The notes: a model not told the origin generated them from the letters alone. 64,000 nucleotides of DNA from an uncultured virus (IMG/VR IMGVR_UViG_3300020578_000012) (IMGVR_UViG_3300020578_000012), one strand, 5' to 3'. Positions 47,207-57,040 are shown, numbered from the stretch's first letter. A program made the numbers and translations.

Positions 47207-50031
47207 GTAGAGCAACATTTACATTTGGAAGATTTAATCCGCCAACAGAAACAGGTCACGGTAAACTTGTATCAGCTGTCCAATCTCATGCTGAAGAAAC
47301 TGGTGGAAGTCATTATATTTTCCCATCGCATACTCAAGATAAGAAAAAAAATCCATTGACACATGAAGAAAAAGTTGGCGCAATGAAAAAATTATTTCCT
47401 AGTGCTAATGTTGTGTCAAATGATAAAGTAAAAACTGCAATAGATGCAATGAAGCATTTAGAATCAAAAGGTCATAAGCATGTGACAATGATTGTTGGCT
47501 CAGATCGTGTTGCAGAGTTTCATGGATTACTTTCTAAATACAGAAAAAAAGAATTTCCTGGAATTAAAAAAGTAGAAGTTAAATCAGCTGGACATCGTGA
47601 TCCTGATGCTGAAGGAGCGGAAGGTATGTCTGCTTCTAAACTTCGCGGATTAGTTGCTGCTGGAAAAAAGAAAGAATTTGTTTCACATTACAGCGATCCA
47701 AAATTGGGCGCACATATACACGATAAGGTAAAAGCAGGTATGCAAATGGAATCAACAAATCCAGTCGGTATTTTTCTACTTGGTGGTCCAGGAAGCGGAA
47801 AAGATTATGTTCTCAGTAATATTTTTTCTCGCTTTGATTTAACTGAAGTTCAAATCGATCATGTGCTAAATGGTGCTGCAGATGAACTTATTGAACAAAA
47901 GAAAAATATTATTATTAACGGTTCTATTGATAAAGATAAAATTGCTGTTGTAAATTCTATTCTTGAAGGTTATGATATTGATTACGTTTATGTTTCAGTT
48001 ACGAATAAAGTATCACGTTTAAGAAATTCATTGCGTGAAAATCCACTTGCGGAAAATAAAAGAATTGATAAGTTTCTTCGTGCAGAAAAACTCGCCGAAT
48101 CAGTTGAATGTTTTAAATTTAATAACTCAATTAATTTAAATGAGTCTTCAGACTTTGAGAAAGTATTTTTTGCTGATCAAATTGAAAAACTTCTTTCTCG
48201 TTTGTTAGAGCATGATCTAGAGATACAAGAAGTATCTGAAGCAAAAACATTTGCTCCAGTTGCAAAGCATAAGTCAGGTCTACCAAAGAAGTATGTTGGT
48301 AAATTATCAGATGCAACTGCTTCTGCTCGTAAGGCTCATTGGAAAAAGATGAGTAAGTATTCTGATAAAGATTCACGCGCATATGCACCTGCTCCTGGTG
48401 ATGCAACATCAAAAACGAAGCCAAGCAAGCATACTCTCGCTGTTCGTAAAATGATGGATGAACAAGTTAAAGCAGAAGATAAGCCACTACCATTGAAACT
48501 TCGCAAAGCACCACGCAGCGGTAACATTACTGCAGTGATGAATAAGCGTCAAGAGACAGGTCGAGTTTCTGAAGAAACAATCGATGAAGGTGCAGCAGAT
48601 AAGTCTCTTGCTGCAAAAGCAGAAAAGTCTGGTGTTTCTTTAAGAACACTCAAGGCAGTTTATCGTCGTGGTGTTGCTGCTTGGAATTCTGGACATCGTC
48701 CAGGAACGACACCACAACAGTGGGGTCATGCGCGCGTGAATTCTTACATCAACAAAGGTAAGACTTATCACACAGCAGATAAAGATTTACGCGAAGAAAC
48801 CGAAGAAGATATTAATGCAATATTTGAGATGCAATTAGTTGGCGCGGACGAATACCGAAAGCATGCTATTGCTATGACACCAGGACAAGGAGAACCAGTA
48901 GATGCTTTCCCAGTTAAAGAACCAAATAAAAAACCTGTGGCAGTTCCTGCAAAGCGAGGAAAATCCATTGTATCGCAATATGAAGAACACACAGAATGCG
49001 GAACACCGAACTGCTGTGGAGAATGCGGATCAAATGAATCAATTGGAAAAGGAAGTAACACAGATAATGCTGTACGGTTTGCAGAAGAAAAAGAAAAAGA
49101 TGGAAGAGAAGATGGAGTAGATTTTACTCCAGATATTCAAACTAAAAAGTTAAAGAAGGGATTAAGAACTCCAGGAAATATGAGATTTTCATATCTTGAT
49201 GGTCTCCCAGTCACAACATCAAGAGTAACAGAAACTCATCACGAGATCGATCCATCAACGATGTCATCACCTCCTGGATTTGAATATAAATCAGCGAAGC
49301 CACTTTCAAAGATTCGTAAATCAATGCCTGTTCCTCGTCAGATTCCTGCTCCTCCTGGGGGGCATTCAGTTCCACCAGGATACAAAAGAGTTCGCGATCA
49401 TATCGCTGGATGGAAACTTGTAAAAGAAGATAATTCTGAACTAACACTTCAAGAAGCTGTTGAATACCACACAGAAAATAATATCTCCTTTACCGAGAAT
49501 GTTTTTCGTCCAGGATCAGATATGTTCTTCGAGTTAATTGATGAAGCCAAGAAATTGTATAGCGAAGGCAAGTATACACCTGCCGACGAATATGAAATTG
49601 ACATGCTCAAATCAGATATCGGTGAAATCGCTGAGTACGAAGGTCAAACTGTTGTTCTTGATTATCCAGTTGAAGAGGGTTTGGAGGAAGCATGCTGGTC
49701 TGGATATGTGCAAAAAGGATTAAAGAAGAAAGGCGGCAAGATGGTTCCTAATTGCGTTCCTGTAAATGAAGAAGACAAAACAGGCGGCAAAGGCATTGGC
49801 AAACCATGGCAAGAAGGTGGTGGTGGTGCTGTATACGTTAAAGTCGGCGACAGCGTTCGTAAGATCAGTTTCAGTAAATCTGGAATGAAAAAGAAATATA
49901 TGGATCCTGCAGCCACAAGAAGTTTTGTTGCGCGTCATCATTGTTTGACAAACAAAGATCGCACCAGTGCTTCTTATTGGGCTTGCCGTTGGCCAAGATT
50001 CTTTAGTAACTCAGGTAAAGTGTGGTGGTAA
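47203..50031 (+). CDS. Multidomain protein: cytidylyltransferase-like, P-loop kinase-like and several small phage modules
   Basis: TFGRFNPPTETGH, VGSDR, MSASKLR; GGPGSGKD; TKPSKHT; VYRRGVAAW..WGHARVNS; CWSGY..KMVPNCVP; SFVARHHC. Confidence 0.75.
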   Translation: MSRATFTFGRFNPPTETGHGKLVSAVQSHAEETGGSHYIFPSHTQDKKKNPLTHEEKVGAMKKLFPSANVVSNDKVKTAIDAMKHLESKGHKHVTMIVGSDRVAEFHGLLSKYRKKEFPGIKKVEVKSAGHRDPDAEGAEGMSASKLRGLVAAGKKKEFVSHYSDPKLGAHIHDKVKAGMQMESTNPVGIFLLGGPGSGKDYVLSNIFSRFDLTEVQIDHVLNGAADELIEQKKNIIINGSIDKDKIAVVNSILEGYDIDYVYVSVTNKVSRLRNSLRENPLAENKRIDKFLRAEKLAESVECFKFNNSINLNESSDFEKVFFADQIEKLLSRLLEHDLEIQEVSEAKTFAPVAKHKSGLPKKYVGKLSDATASARKAHWKKMSKYSDKDSRAYAPAPGDATSKTKPSKHTLAVRKMMDEQVKAEDKPLPLKLRKAPRSGNITAVMNKRQETGRVSEETIDEGAADKSLAAKAEKSGVSLRTLKAVYRRGVAAWNSGHRPGTTPQQWGHARVNSYINKGKTYHTADKDLREETEEDINAIFEMQLVGADEYRKHAIAMTPGQGEPVDAFPVKEPNKKPVAVPAKRGKSIVSQYEEHTECGTPNCCGECGSNESIGKGSNTDNAVRFAEEKEKDGREDGVDFTPDIQTKKLKKGLRTPGNMRFSYLDGLPVTTSRVTETHHEIDPSTMSSPPGFEYKSAKPLSKIRKSMPVPRQIPAPPGGHSVPPGYKRVRDHIAGWKLVKEDNSELTLQEAVEYHTENNISFTENVFRPGSDMFFELIDEAKKLYSEGKYTPADEYEIDMLKSDIGEIAEYEGQTVVLDYPVEEGLEEACWSGYVQKGLKKKGGKMVPNCVPVNEEDKTGGKGIGKPWQEGGGGAVYVKVGDSVRKISFSKSGMKKKYMDPAATRSFVARHHCLTNKDRTSASYWACRWPRFFSNSGKVWW

Positions 50032-50033
50032 TT

Positions 50034-50300
50034 ATGAATCCTTATTTAGATGAAAAACTAAATAATAAGGCATTCATAAGAACTTTTCCAAAATACGTGC
50101 AAGCCGAAGAATTGGTTTGGCATAGAGATAAGAAAAATAGAATTATAACAGTTATACAAGGTGAGGGTTGGGAAATACAGTTTGATAATGAGTTACCAAG
50201 AACGTTGGTAATTGGCGAAGAACTAGTGATTCCAGCCTATACTTTTCATAGAATTAAACGTGGAACAGACGACTTAAGATTAAAGATTGAGGAATATTAA
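50034..50300 (+). CDS. Small cupin-like protein
   Basis: ELVWHRD, WEIQFDNELP, IPAYTFHRI. Confidence 0.7.
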   Translation: MNPYLDEKLNNKAFIRTFPKYVQAEELVWHRDKKNRIITVIQGEGWEIQFDNELPRTLVIGEELVIPAYTFHRIKRGTDDLRLKIEEY

Positions 50301-52136
50301 ATGGCAGAAGTAAAAGTCCCACCACTACTACACAAAATGTCACTTGCCTCTCAGAAGGCATGGTATAAGAAACATGGCATGGAAATGCCAACTGCACCAA
50401 AAGAAAAAGAGCCAGAAGGCAAATCTGCTGCTGCAGCAAAGCGTGTGAAAGTCGAGCCAAGAAAAACAGTTGCTGTTGAACCAGGTTCTGTTCGTGCAAT
50501 AAATGCCGCTCGTCAAAAAGCATACATGGATAGGGGTGGACGTCAACCAATTGGAGCAATGGGTTCTGGTGGCAGCAATGTAATGGCTGGTGCTGGACAG
50601 TCCACGATTAAAGATCTTAAAGCCAGTATCAAGGCAGGGTTTAATCCAAAAGTTTCTCTTGATCCATATCAATCAGAAAGAGCAAAGAAAGCAAAAAATG
50701 AATCTGTTGATGATGCTGCAAAAAGAAAAAGGATGTTTGATCTAAAACTAAAAATGATCAAAAAAGTTGCAAACAAACCAGCACTTAACAAGCCATCTAA
50801 GTTTGCTGACAAGCCATCAACTGCTATGAGCCCAAGAGATGATATGAAATTAGCACCAAAAGCACCAAGCGGCAAGGGTGGGCTTTATTATGATGAAGCA
50901 GCAAAACCAGATGCTTCAATGGCAATGACTGATACTCTCAGAAAACAAATGATCAGCGACAAAGATAAAAGAACATTAGGTAAAATTGCTGATCTCATGG
51001 CTTCTCAAAAGAACAAAGATAAGAAAAATGCTTATGTTCGTTCACTAGGATTGAAGGCAATGAGAGCTGGCAATGTTGATCCAGCAAGAGGTCACAGTCC
51101 AACTCGTTTCGGTCGCGAAGTGTTGGCAAAAGAAGAAGTCGAGCAGATTGATGAAATCAAAATCTCTGATGTGATCGCTGCTACTCGCGGCAAAAGCCCA
51201 GAAGAAAAAGAAAAGATTATTAAGGCGATGAGAGAAAAAGAAAGAGCATCAAAGCCAGCACCAACACCAAGAAAACCAGAACCAGCTAAAGATATTCCAA
51301 TGCATCAAAGAGTCTATCCACCTGATATGAAGTATCATGGCGATAGCGTAGAACTAGAGGGTCCAGTCATGAACGAAGGTAGAATGAAAAATATCGTAAC
51401 AGATCGCGAAGAAACAGCAAGATTAAAAGCACAAGATGTTCTTGGCGGTCCAGTCAAAGACAAACCAAAAGGTCCAGCAGGTAAACATCCTCTTGGATAT
51501 AGACTTGCACGCAGTGCTGCTCGCAGAGCAATGAAAGGCGCAATTAGTGCAGTTCACAAATCAATGGAAAAAACTATGGCAAAAGAAGAAGTCGAGCAAA
51601 CAGACGAAGCAGTTAAAGATGCGGCAGATGTGGGTGAATACGATTACGAAGGAGATATGGCAAAGTCTCAGCTTCGTAGCATTTTGACAAACGCCAAACG
51701 TCTCCATGATATGTTAGAAGATAATGATAATTTGCCAGAGTGGGTGCAGAGCAAGATTACTCTCGCCGAAGATTATATTCTTACAGCCGCCAATTATATG
51801 GATGGCGAAATGAACGAAGAAGTCGAGCAGATTGATGAAATCACTGGATATGAAGGAGCGAAAGATCGAAAAGATATGATTAAAAGAGCAGCTGCTATGA
51901 ATAGAATGGGAAAACAAACATTCCTTGATAGAGTAAAAACACGTGCTGCTGAAATGAAAAGAGAAAAAGCAAAAAAAGAACTTGCTAACGAAGCAGCAGA
52001 AGGTTCTGTTCCAACAACTCCAAAAGAAAAGGCACTCGCTGCGCATCACGGCGATAAAACAAAAATCACTTATGGTGATGTAATCAAAGCTCGTTTAAAG
52101 TCAGCTGCTGAAAAAGCAATGAAGAAGGGTAACTAA
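50301..52136 (+). CDS. Lys/Ala/Glu-rich modular protein, probable internal head protein
   Basis: Repeated EEVEQ(I/T)DE; EGDMAKSQL..LPEWVQSKI module. Confidence 0.6.
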   Translation: MAEVKVPPLLHKMSLASQKAWYKKHGMEMPTAPKEKEPEGKSAAAAKRVKVEPRKTVAVEPGSVRAINAARQKAYMDRGGRQPIGAMGSGGSNVMAGAGQSTIKDLKASIKAGFNPKVSLDPYQSERAKKAKNESVDDAAKRKRMFDLKLKMIKKVANKPALNKPSKFADKPSTAMSPRDDMKLAPKAPSGKGGLYYDEAAKPDASMAMTDTLRKQMISDKDKRTLGKIADLMASQKNKDKKNAYVRSLGLKAMRAGNVDPARGHSPTRFGREVLAKEEVEQIDEIKISDVIAATRGKSPEEKEKIIKAMREKERASKPAPTPRKPEPAKDIPMHQRVYPPDMKYHGDSVELEGPVMNEGRMKNIVTDREETARLKAQDVLGGPVKDKPKGPAGKHPLGYRLARSAARRAMKGAISAVHKSMEKTMAKEEVEQTDEAVKDAADVGEYDYEGDMAKSQLRSILTNAKRLHDMLEDNDNLPEWVQSKITLAEDYILTAANYMDGEMNEEVEQIDEITGYEGAKDRKDMIKRAAAMNRMGKQTFLDRVKTRAAEMKREKAKKELANEAAEGSVPTTPKEKALAAHHGDKTKITYGDVIKARLKSAAEKAMKKGN

Positions 52137-52881
52137 TATGAAATATCTAGTCGAACTTAAATATACAAATCCAGCACATGAACACGTTTCATTGCGTCGT
52201 CGCGTTGAAACAGTTACTCGTTTAATTGAAGCAGCAAACGAAGATCAAGCAATTCTTCGCGTTTCTCAACAACAACGTGCTCTTGGTTTCTTCATCAAAG
52301 AAGCAAAGGTCGTGAAAGAAAAAAGTCACGATAAAGAAGGTGGTGATGAGACTGTCGTTGCAAAAGGCAAGGATGTCATGAAAAAAGCCAAAGGCAAAGA
52401 TGAGAAAGACGAAGTTGAGGCAGAGGATGTCGAAGAAATCGACGAAGCACAAAAGAAACTTCGTCCATCTTACTGGAAAGCAGAGTGGCGTTTGGGTACG
52501 CAAACTGATGTAGATAAGAATAATAAAAAGATTTATGATCGCCTCGCTCAAACTGATCCAGATAAAGCCAAAGCATTCCATGATAATCTCATGAGAATGA
52601 AGAAGAAAGATGTCAAGGAAGAAGTCGAGCAGATTGATGAACTCAAGAAGTCTACACTTGCTTCTTATGTTAAAAAAGCAACGCGCGATGTGGCATCAGC
52701 AAGTCGACTTCAAAGAGGTTATGAAACGGATGCAGCCAGAAAAGGTGATGCAGCAAATTATGTTGCAAGAGGTAGTGATTTAGCAGCAAAAACAATGAGA
52801 AAATTTGCTGCCAAAAGATCTAGAGGCATTGCAAAGGCTGTTGATAAATTAGCCAAAGAAGAAGTCGAGCAAGTGAATGAA
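51132..52881 (+). repeat. Dispersed 24-nt repeat GAAGAAGTCGAGCAGATTGATGAA (EEVEQIDE)
   Basis: Exact copies at 51132, 51816, 52618; variants at 51585, 52858. Confidence 0.85.
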
Positions 52882-53274
52882 AAAATTAATCTCGTTACAG
52901 CCAAGATGGGCGATGTGATCAAAGACTTCCAAAAATCTGATGCTCCACAGTTTAAAGGCAAATCTCAAGAAGAACGTCGCAAGATGGCACTTGCTGCAAA
53001 ACTTGGCGCAGAAAGAGAAGCAGGAATGCGCGAAGAAGTCGACACTGACAAGCGTGATGCTGGATACAAAATGTCACCTGCTGTTCGTGCTGCTCAAGCC
53101 AAGTCTGATGCGCTCTCAAAACCAGAGAAGAAACATCAAGCTGGAACTCTTGGCGCACACAAAGCACGCAAGGCAGCAGAAAGAATGGTCGACGCTGCAA
53201 AATCAAAGGTTAATAAAATCAATATGAATCCTTCATTGGAACCACACGCTCATTCATTAAAATTGAACAAGTAA
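52138..53274 (+). CDS. Lys/Ala/Glu-rich modular protein, probable internal head protein
   Basis: VEEIDE, EEVEQIDE, EEVEQVNE; LKKSTLASYVKKA; DFQKSDAPQFKGKS. Confidence 0.6.
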   Translation: MKYLVELKYTNPAHEHVSLRRRVETVTRLIEAANEDQAILRVSQQQRALGFFIKEAKVVKEKSHDKEGGDETVVAKGKDVMKKAKGKDEKDEVEAEDVEEIDEAQKKLRPSYWKAEWRLGTQTDVDKNNKKIYDRLAQTDPDKAKAFHDNLMRMKKKDVKEEVEQIDELKKSTLASYVKKATRDVASASRLQRGYETDAARKGDAANYVARGSDLAAKTMRKFAAKRSRGIAKAVDKLAKEEVEQVNEKINLVTAKMGDVIKDFQKSDAPQFKGKSQEERRKMALAAKLGAEREAGMREEVDTDKRDAGYKMSPAVRAAQAKSDALSKPEKKHQAGTLGAHKARKAAERMVDAAKSKVNKINMNPSLEPHAHSLKLNK

Positions 53275-53285
53275 TAGGTAAGAAA

Positions 53286-53747
53286 ATGCTTAAATTTAAT
53301 GAGTTTTTAAAAGAAGAAACTGAAGAGGTCATGGAAGTCGATGACCAGTATGTTATGAGCAATATGGAAACTTTAAATAGTGACCTAGATGTTATTACAG
53401 AAAGACCTTATCAGAATGCACCAATTCTACTTGCTCAACTTCGCGGCACGTTAGAGCGATATGGTGTCATTTTACCAGCATCTGCAACGTCACAGTTTCT
53501 TTATCTAAATGCTGAACTTGTTTACGCTGTTGGTGGTACAGGATATTACATGTACATCGTTTATGATACAAACGAAGATGGATATGTTGATGGCTATGCG
53601 CAAGTTGTATCGAATGAAGAACTAAAAGATTTAGTTGGCATGGATAGAGATGAAATTCTCAATTCAAATCGCAATTTGATTGCTGTTCGTCATTCTGACT
53701 GGTATCGCAAACGAGACGATGACGCAGGTAACACTAACGAATATTAA
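53286..53747 (+). CDS. Hypothetical acidic protein with capsid-targeting-like N-terminus
   Basis: MLKFNEFLKEE. Confidence 0.65.
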   Translation: MLKFNEFLKEETEEVMEVDDQYVMSNMETLNSDLDVITERPYQNAPILLAQLRGTLERYGVILPASATSQFLYLNAELVYAVGGTGYYMYIVYDTNEDGYVDGYAQVVSNEELKDLVGMDRDEILNSNRNLIAVRHSDWYRKRDDDAGNTNEY

Positions 53748-53750
53748 TCT

Positions 53751-54137
53751 ATGTTTGACAATTTGATTGAAGAAAATATATTATTGTTTGCAGCAAAAAG
53801 TTATGATAAGCCCAACTGCATTCATAGCGAGTTCGAAGAAGATTATAAAAAAATAAGATACATCAAACGATTATTGCAAAGATATCGTATGAATGGTAAG
53901 ATAAAGGAAAGACTTATTTTAAATCATCTAATCGTACTACAGAATGTGTTTGGCATTGAAGCAAGCACAAGAATGTTATTTTTTAGAATTGATCAAAGAG
54001 ATTGGAGTTCACTGAAGACATTCTTAATATTTACTTCTGCGATGCCAAAAATTGTCAGAGGTATTCGTGGCGAGAATATTATTTCTAGCGACATACCACT
54101 TGAGCATTATATTGTAAGTATACTAAGGAATTTTTGA
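53751..54137 (+). CDS. Conserved T4-like hypothetical protein
   Basis: YDKPNC..EFEED, ERLILNHLI..NVFG. Confidence 0.75.
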   Translation: MFDNLIEENILLFAAKSYDKPNCIHSEFEEDYKKIRYIKRLLQRYRMNGKIKERLILNHLIVLQNVFGIEASTRMLFFRIDQRDWSSLKTFLIFTSAMPKIVRGIRGENIISSDIPLEHYIVSILRNF

Positions 54138-54162
54138 GAGCAACTTAAAGCCAGACATAGTT

Positions 54163-54191
54163 ATTTTACCGAATAGTTAAATAAAAGTCAA
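54163..54191 (-). promoter_or_regulatory. Antisense sigma70-type promoter
   Basis: Minus strand TTGACT (54191-54186), 17-nt spacer, TAAAAT (54168-54163), intergenic. Confidence 0.6.
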
Positions 54192-54195
54192 ATAA

Positions 54196-54567
54196 ATGAA
54201 GAAATTTAAAGAATACATAAAAGAAGATGCCCCAGCAAACGCTATGGGCGCAGCAGGTATAAGCGGTCTTGGTTCTGCTGTTAATGTTGGTGTTGCGGGT
54301 TATGACCGATTACTTATGGGCGGTAAGATTCTTCGCCGCAAACCACCCGTAATGTTTGGTGGAAAGGCAGTATTTAAATTACCATCTGATAAATTTTATA
54401 AAGCAAGACTTGGTAAAAAAAAGTTTGAGCATTACGCGAGTTATGTTGGTCGCGATGAAGCAGGTGATGAAATTCGTGCCTACATAAAAGAGAATCCTAA
54501 TGCAGCTGTGATCATTGAAGATGAAACAACAGGTGCTATGTTTTATTTGAAACACGGAAAGAGGTAA
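54196..54567 (+). CDS. Hypothetical protein with capsid-targeting-like N-terminus
   Basis: MKKFKEYIKEDAPAN. Confidence 0.7.
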   Translation: MKKFKEYIKEDAPANAMGAAGISGLGSAVNVGVAGYDRLLMGGKILRRKPPVMFGGKAVFKLPSDKFYKARLGKKKFEHYASYVGRDEAGDEIRAYIKENPNAAVIIEDETTGAMFYLKHGKR

Positions 54568-54571
54568 TCAA

Positions 54572-54808
54572 ATGAAAGCAGTATTATTTTTGTTCGCTGC
54601 TTTATTATTGGCTGGGTGTTCAGACACTTATCGTTACGAATGTCAGGATCCTGAAAATAAGGATAAGCCTGAGTGTAATCGCCCAATATGTGAGGCTGAT
54701 GGATTGTGTTATGACAAATTAAATGGATTGCCAGAACCAGTAGAGCAATCACCCGTAGAAGAAGCTGCACCCGCAGCAGATTGTAATTGTGAACCCAAAG
54801 GAGAATAA
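54572..54808 (+). CDS. Cys-rich lipoprotein (possible lysis accessory or spanin-like)
   Basis: Signal peptide with lipobox LAGC. Confidence 0.7.
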   Translation: MKAVLFLFAALLLAGCSDTYRYECQDPENKDKPECNRPICEADGLCYDKLNGLPEPVEQSPVEEAAPAADCNCEPKGE

Positions 54809-54810
54809 TC

Positions 54811-55224
54811 ATGTTTAAAGGTCCAAGATATACAGAAAGTGAATTGATGGCGCGACTTAAATTTACAGTCGGTCTCTCACTTGCATTTACATTGACAGGA
54901 ATTGTTTTTGTAGTTCTTTACTCACTCATCTTTGTGACTCAGCCAATGACTCAGTCACCCAATGATGCAAAGTTTTTTGAGTTGATTACTCCAATTGCAA
55001 CCTTTCTCACTGGTATTCTCTCAGGCATTATGCTCGGTAAAAGCGAAAAGCCAGATGCATTACCTGAGCCACCTAAAGCACCAGAAATTTCGCTCGGTGA
55101 TGTTTCACCAAGTGATCTAATTCCAGAGCCTGTCGTTCAAGTTGCTCCACTCGTTGTGGCTGGCGCAGTTGGCGTTGCCGCTGGTGTTGCAGCAGCAGAG
55201 GATGAAGAAGATAAAATTGCTTGA
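54811..55224 (+). CDS. Membrane protein, holin candidate
   Basis: Two TM helices; directly upstream of the endolysin. Confidence 0.55.
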   Translation: MFKGPRYTESELMARLKFTVGLSLAFTLTGIVFVVLYSLIFVTQPMTQSPNDAKFFELITPIATFLTGILSGIMLGKSEKPDALPEPPKAPEISLGDVSPSDLIPEPVVQVAPLVVAGAVGVAAGVAAAEDEEDKIA

Positions 55225-55232
55225 GGTGATAT

Positions 55233-56399
55233 ATGAGTTTAGCATCATTACAAAAGAAAATTGGCGTAACAGCAGACGGTGCGTGGGGTCCTGGGACTCT
55301 GCGTGCCGCTGCTGCTTATTATAAACTTTCACCAGCTCGCGCTGCACATTTCTTTGGGCAAACTGCTCATGAAACGGGTGGGTTCAAAGCATTTACCGAG
55401 AATCTAAACTACGGAGCCAAAGGATTGCGTGGTATTTTTGGTAAATATTTCAAGACAGATGCAGAAGCATTGAAGTATGAGCGCAAGCCAGAAGCGATTG
55501 CAAATCGTGTCTATGCTGGACGCATGGGTAATGGCACAGAGATGACAGGTGATGGTTGGAAGTTTCGTGGACGTGGTGCGTTACAATTAACAGGTCGTGA
55601 TAATTATCTCGCGTTTTCTAAATACTGCAATCGTCCAGATGTAATGACAAATCCAGATCTTGTTGCTGGTGAACTTGCATTTGAGTCAGCGATGTTTTTC
55701 TTTGAAAAAAATAAACTTTGGGCATTATGTGATACAGGAGTAAATGATGCTTCGATATTATCCGTTACTAAAAAGGTTAATGGTGGTACTCACGGCTTGG
55801 AAGATCGCACGAATAAGACGAAAACGTACCATGCACAATTAAGTGGTCCTGCGCCAGTCGCAAAACCTGCGGCAGCACCAGCTGCTGCTCCAGCTGCTAC
55901 ACCTGCTGCTGGAAAAGTAAATCCAGAAATGCAATTATCTGAACACTTTAATCTAAAAGAATTTACAAAATCAGAAACTGCGATTCGTAAGCGAATCGAT
56001 AATACGCCAAATGCTGATCATGCTCAAAATCTTAAAAATGTATGCGAAAAAATTCTTGAACCTGTGCGGCGTCATTTTAATAAGCCCGTGCGTATTAATT
56101 CTGGCTACCGTGGTCCTGCCCTTAACAGTGCTGTTGGTGGTTCTAGCAAGTCTCAACATTGCAATGGAGAGGCTGTCGACTTTGAAATTGACGGACTTGC
56201 CAATCCTGAACTAGCAAAATGGGTCAGTGAAAATTGTGAATTCGATCAAATTATCCTAGAGTTCTATGATCCAAAGGAAGGACCAAACTCAGGTTGGGTC
56301 CATGCTTCCTATACAACCAAAGGACCAAATCGTAAACAAAAATTAACAGCATTGACTGAAGGTGGGAAAACCGTTTATAAACCAGGATTTTTAGCATGA
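55233..56399 (+). CDS. Endolysin: PG-binding, GH19 and peptidase M15A domains
   Basis: ADGAWGPGT; QTAHETGGF, FRGRGALQLTGRDNY, NGGTHGLEDR; Ala/Pro linker; SGYR, SQHCNGEAVD, WVH. Confidence 0.9.
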   Translation: MSLASLQKKIGVTADGAWGPGTLRAAAAYYKLSPARAAHFFGQTAHETGGFKAFTENLNYGAKGLRGIFGKYFKTDAEALKYERKPEAIANRVYAGRMGNGTEMTGDGWKFRGRGALQLTGRDNYLAFSKYCNRPDVMTNPDLVAGELAFESAMFFFEKNKLWALCDTGVNDASILSVTKKVNGGTHGLEDRTNKTKTYHAQLSGPAPVAKPAAAPAAAPAATPAAGKVNPEMQLSEHFNLKEFTKSETAIRKRIDNTPNADHAQNLKNVCEKILEPVRRHFNKPVRINSGYRGPALNSAVGGSSKSQHCNGEAVDFEIDGLANPELAKWVSENCEFDQIILEFYDPKEGPNSGWVHASYTTKGPNRKQKLTALTEGGKTVYKPGFLA

Positions 56400-57028
56400 T
56401 TGATCAATATATTGATCGCGTTGACAAAGCAGTTCAAAAAGCGACACTTGATAATGGAACAAAATTGCCTGTTGAGATTTTTCAACTTCCAGGAATGTCT
56501 TCTCGTGAAGGAAGAATATTATTAAATGAAATTGTTCAAGAAGGTGATAAGTATCTTGAAATAGGAGTTCATAAAGGTTCCACTTTTGTTTCTGCATTGT
56601 ATAAAAATAATGTACAAGCAGTTGCCATTGATAATTTTTGTGAATTTGGGACTATGGAAGATAATAAAAAGTGGTTTGATCAAGCATGTGTTGATCATCA
56701 AATAACAAACTTTAAGTTTATTAATCGTGATTGTTTTAGTTTATTTGATGACGAAAAACAATTAATCCATGAAACTAATGTTTATTTTTATGATGGAAGA
56801 CATGAAGCTGAACATCAAGAAAAAGCATTAACGCATTTTGTGGATTATCTAACTAATCCATTTATCTATATTGTAGATGATTGGAACTATGAGCCTGCAA
56901 GAATAGGAACTAAATCTGGCATACAGATATTAAATTTAAACACTCACAAAGAATGGATTCTTGATGGAAGCACAACAAATAAAGGTTGGCATAACGGTAT
57001 GTACATTGCTGTGATGAGTAAGCAATAA
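56396..57028 (+). CDS. Class I SAM-dependent methyltransferase
   Basis: YLEIGVHKGST, YFYDGRH, IVDDWN. Confidence 0.82.
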   Translation: MIDQYIDRVDKAVQKATLDNGTKLPVEIFQLPGMSSREGRILLNEIVQEGDKYLEIGVHKGSTFVSALYKNNVQAVAIDNFCEFGTMEDNKKWFDQACVDHQITNFKFINRDCFSLFDDEKQLIHETNVYFYDGRHEAEHQEKALTHFVDYLTNPFIYIVDDWNYEPARIGTKSGIQILNLNTHKEWILDGSTTNKGWHNGMYIAVMSKQ

Positions 57029-57040
57029 TTTTATTATTTT

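Noticed and set aside
51132..52881. 24-nt repeats as a CRISPR array
   Set aside because: Spacing is irregular (hundreds of nt), the repeats are in-frame coding, and no cas genes are present
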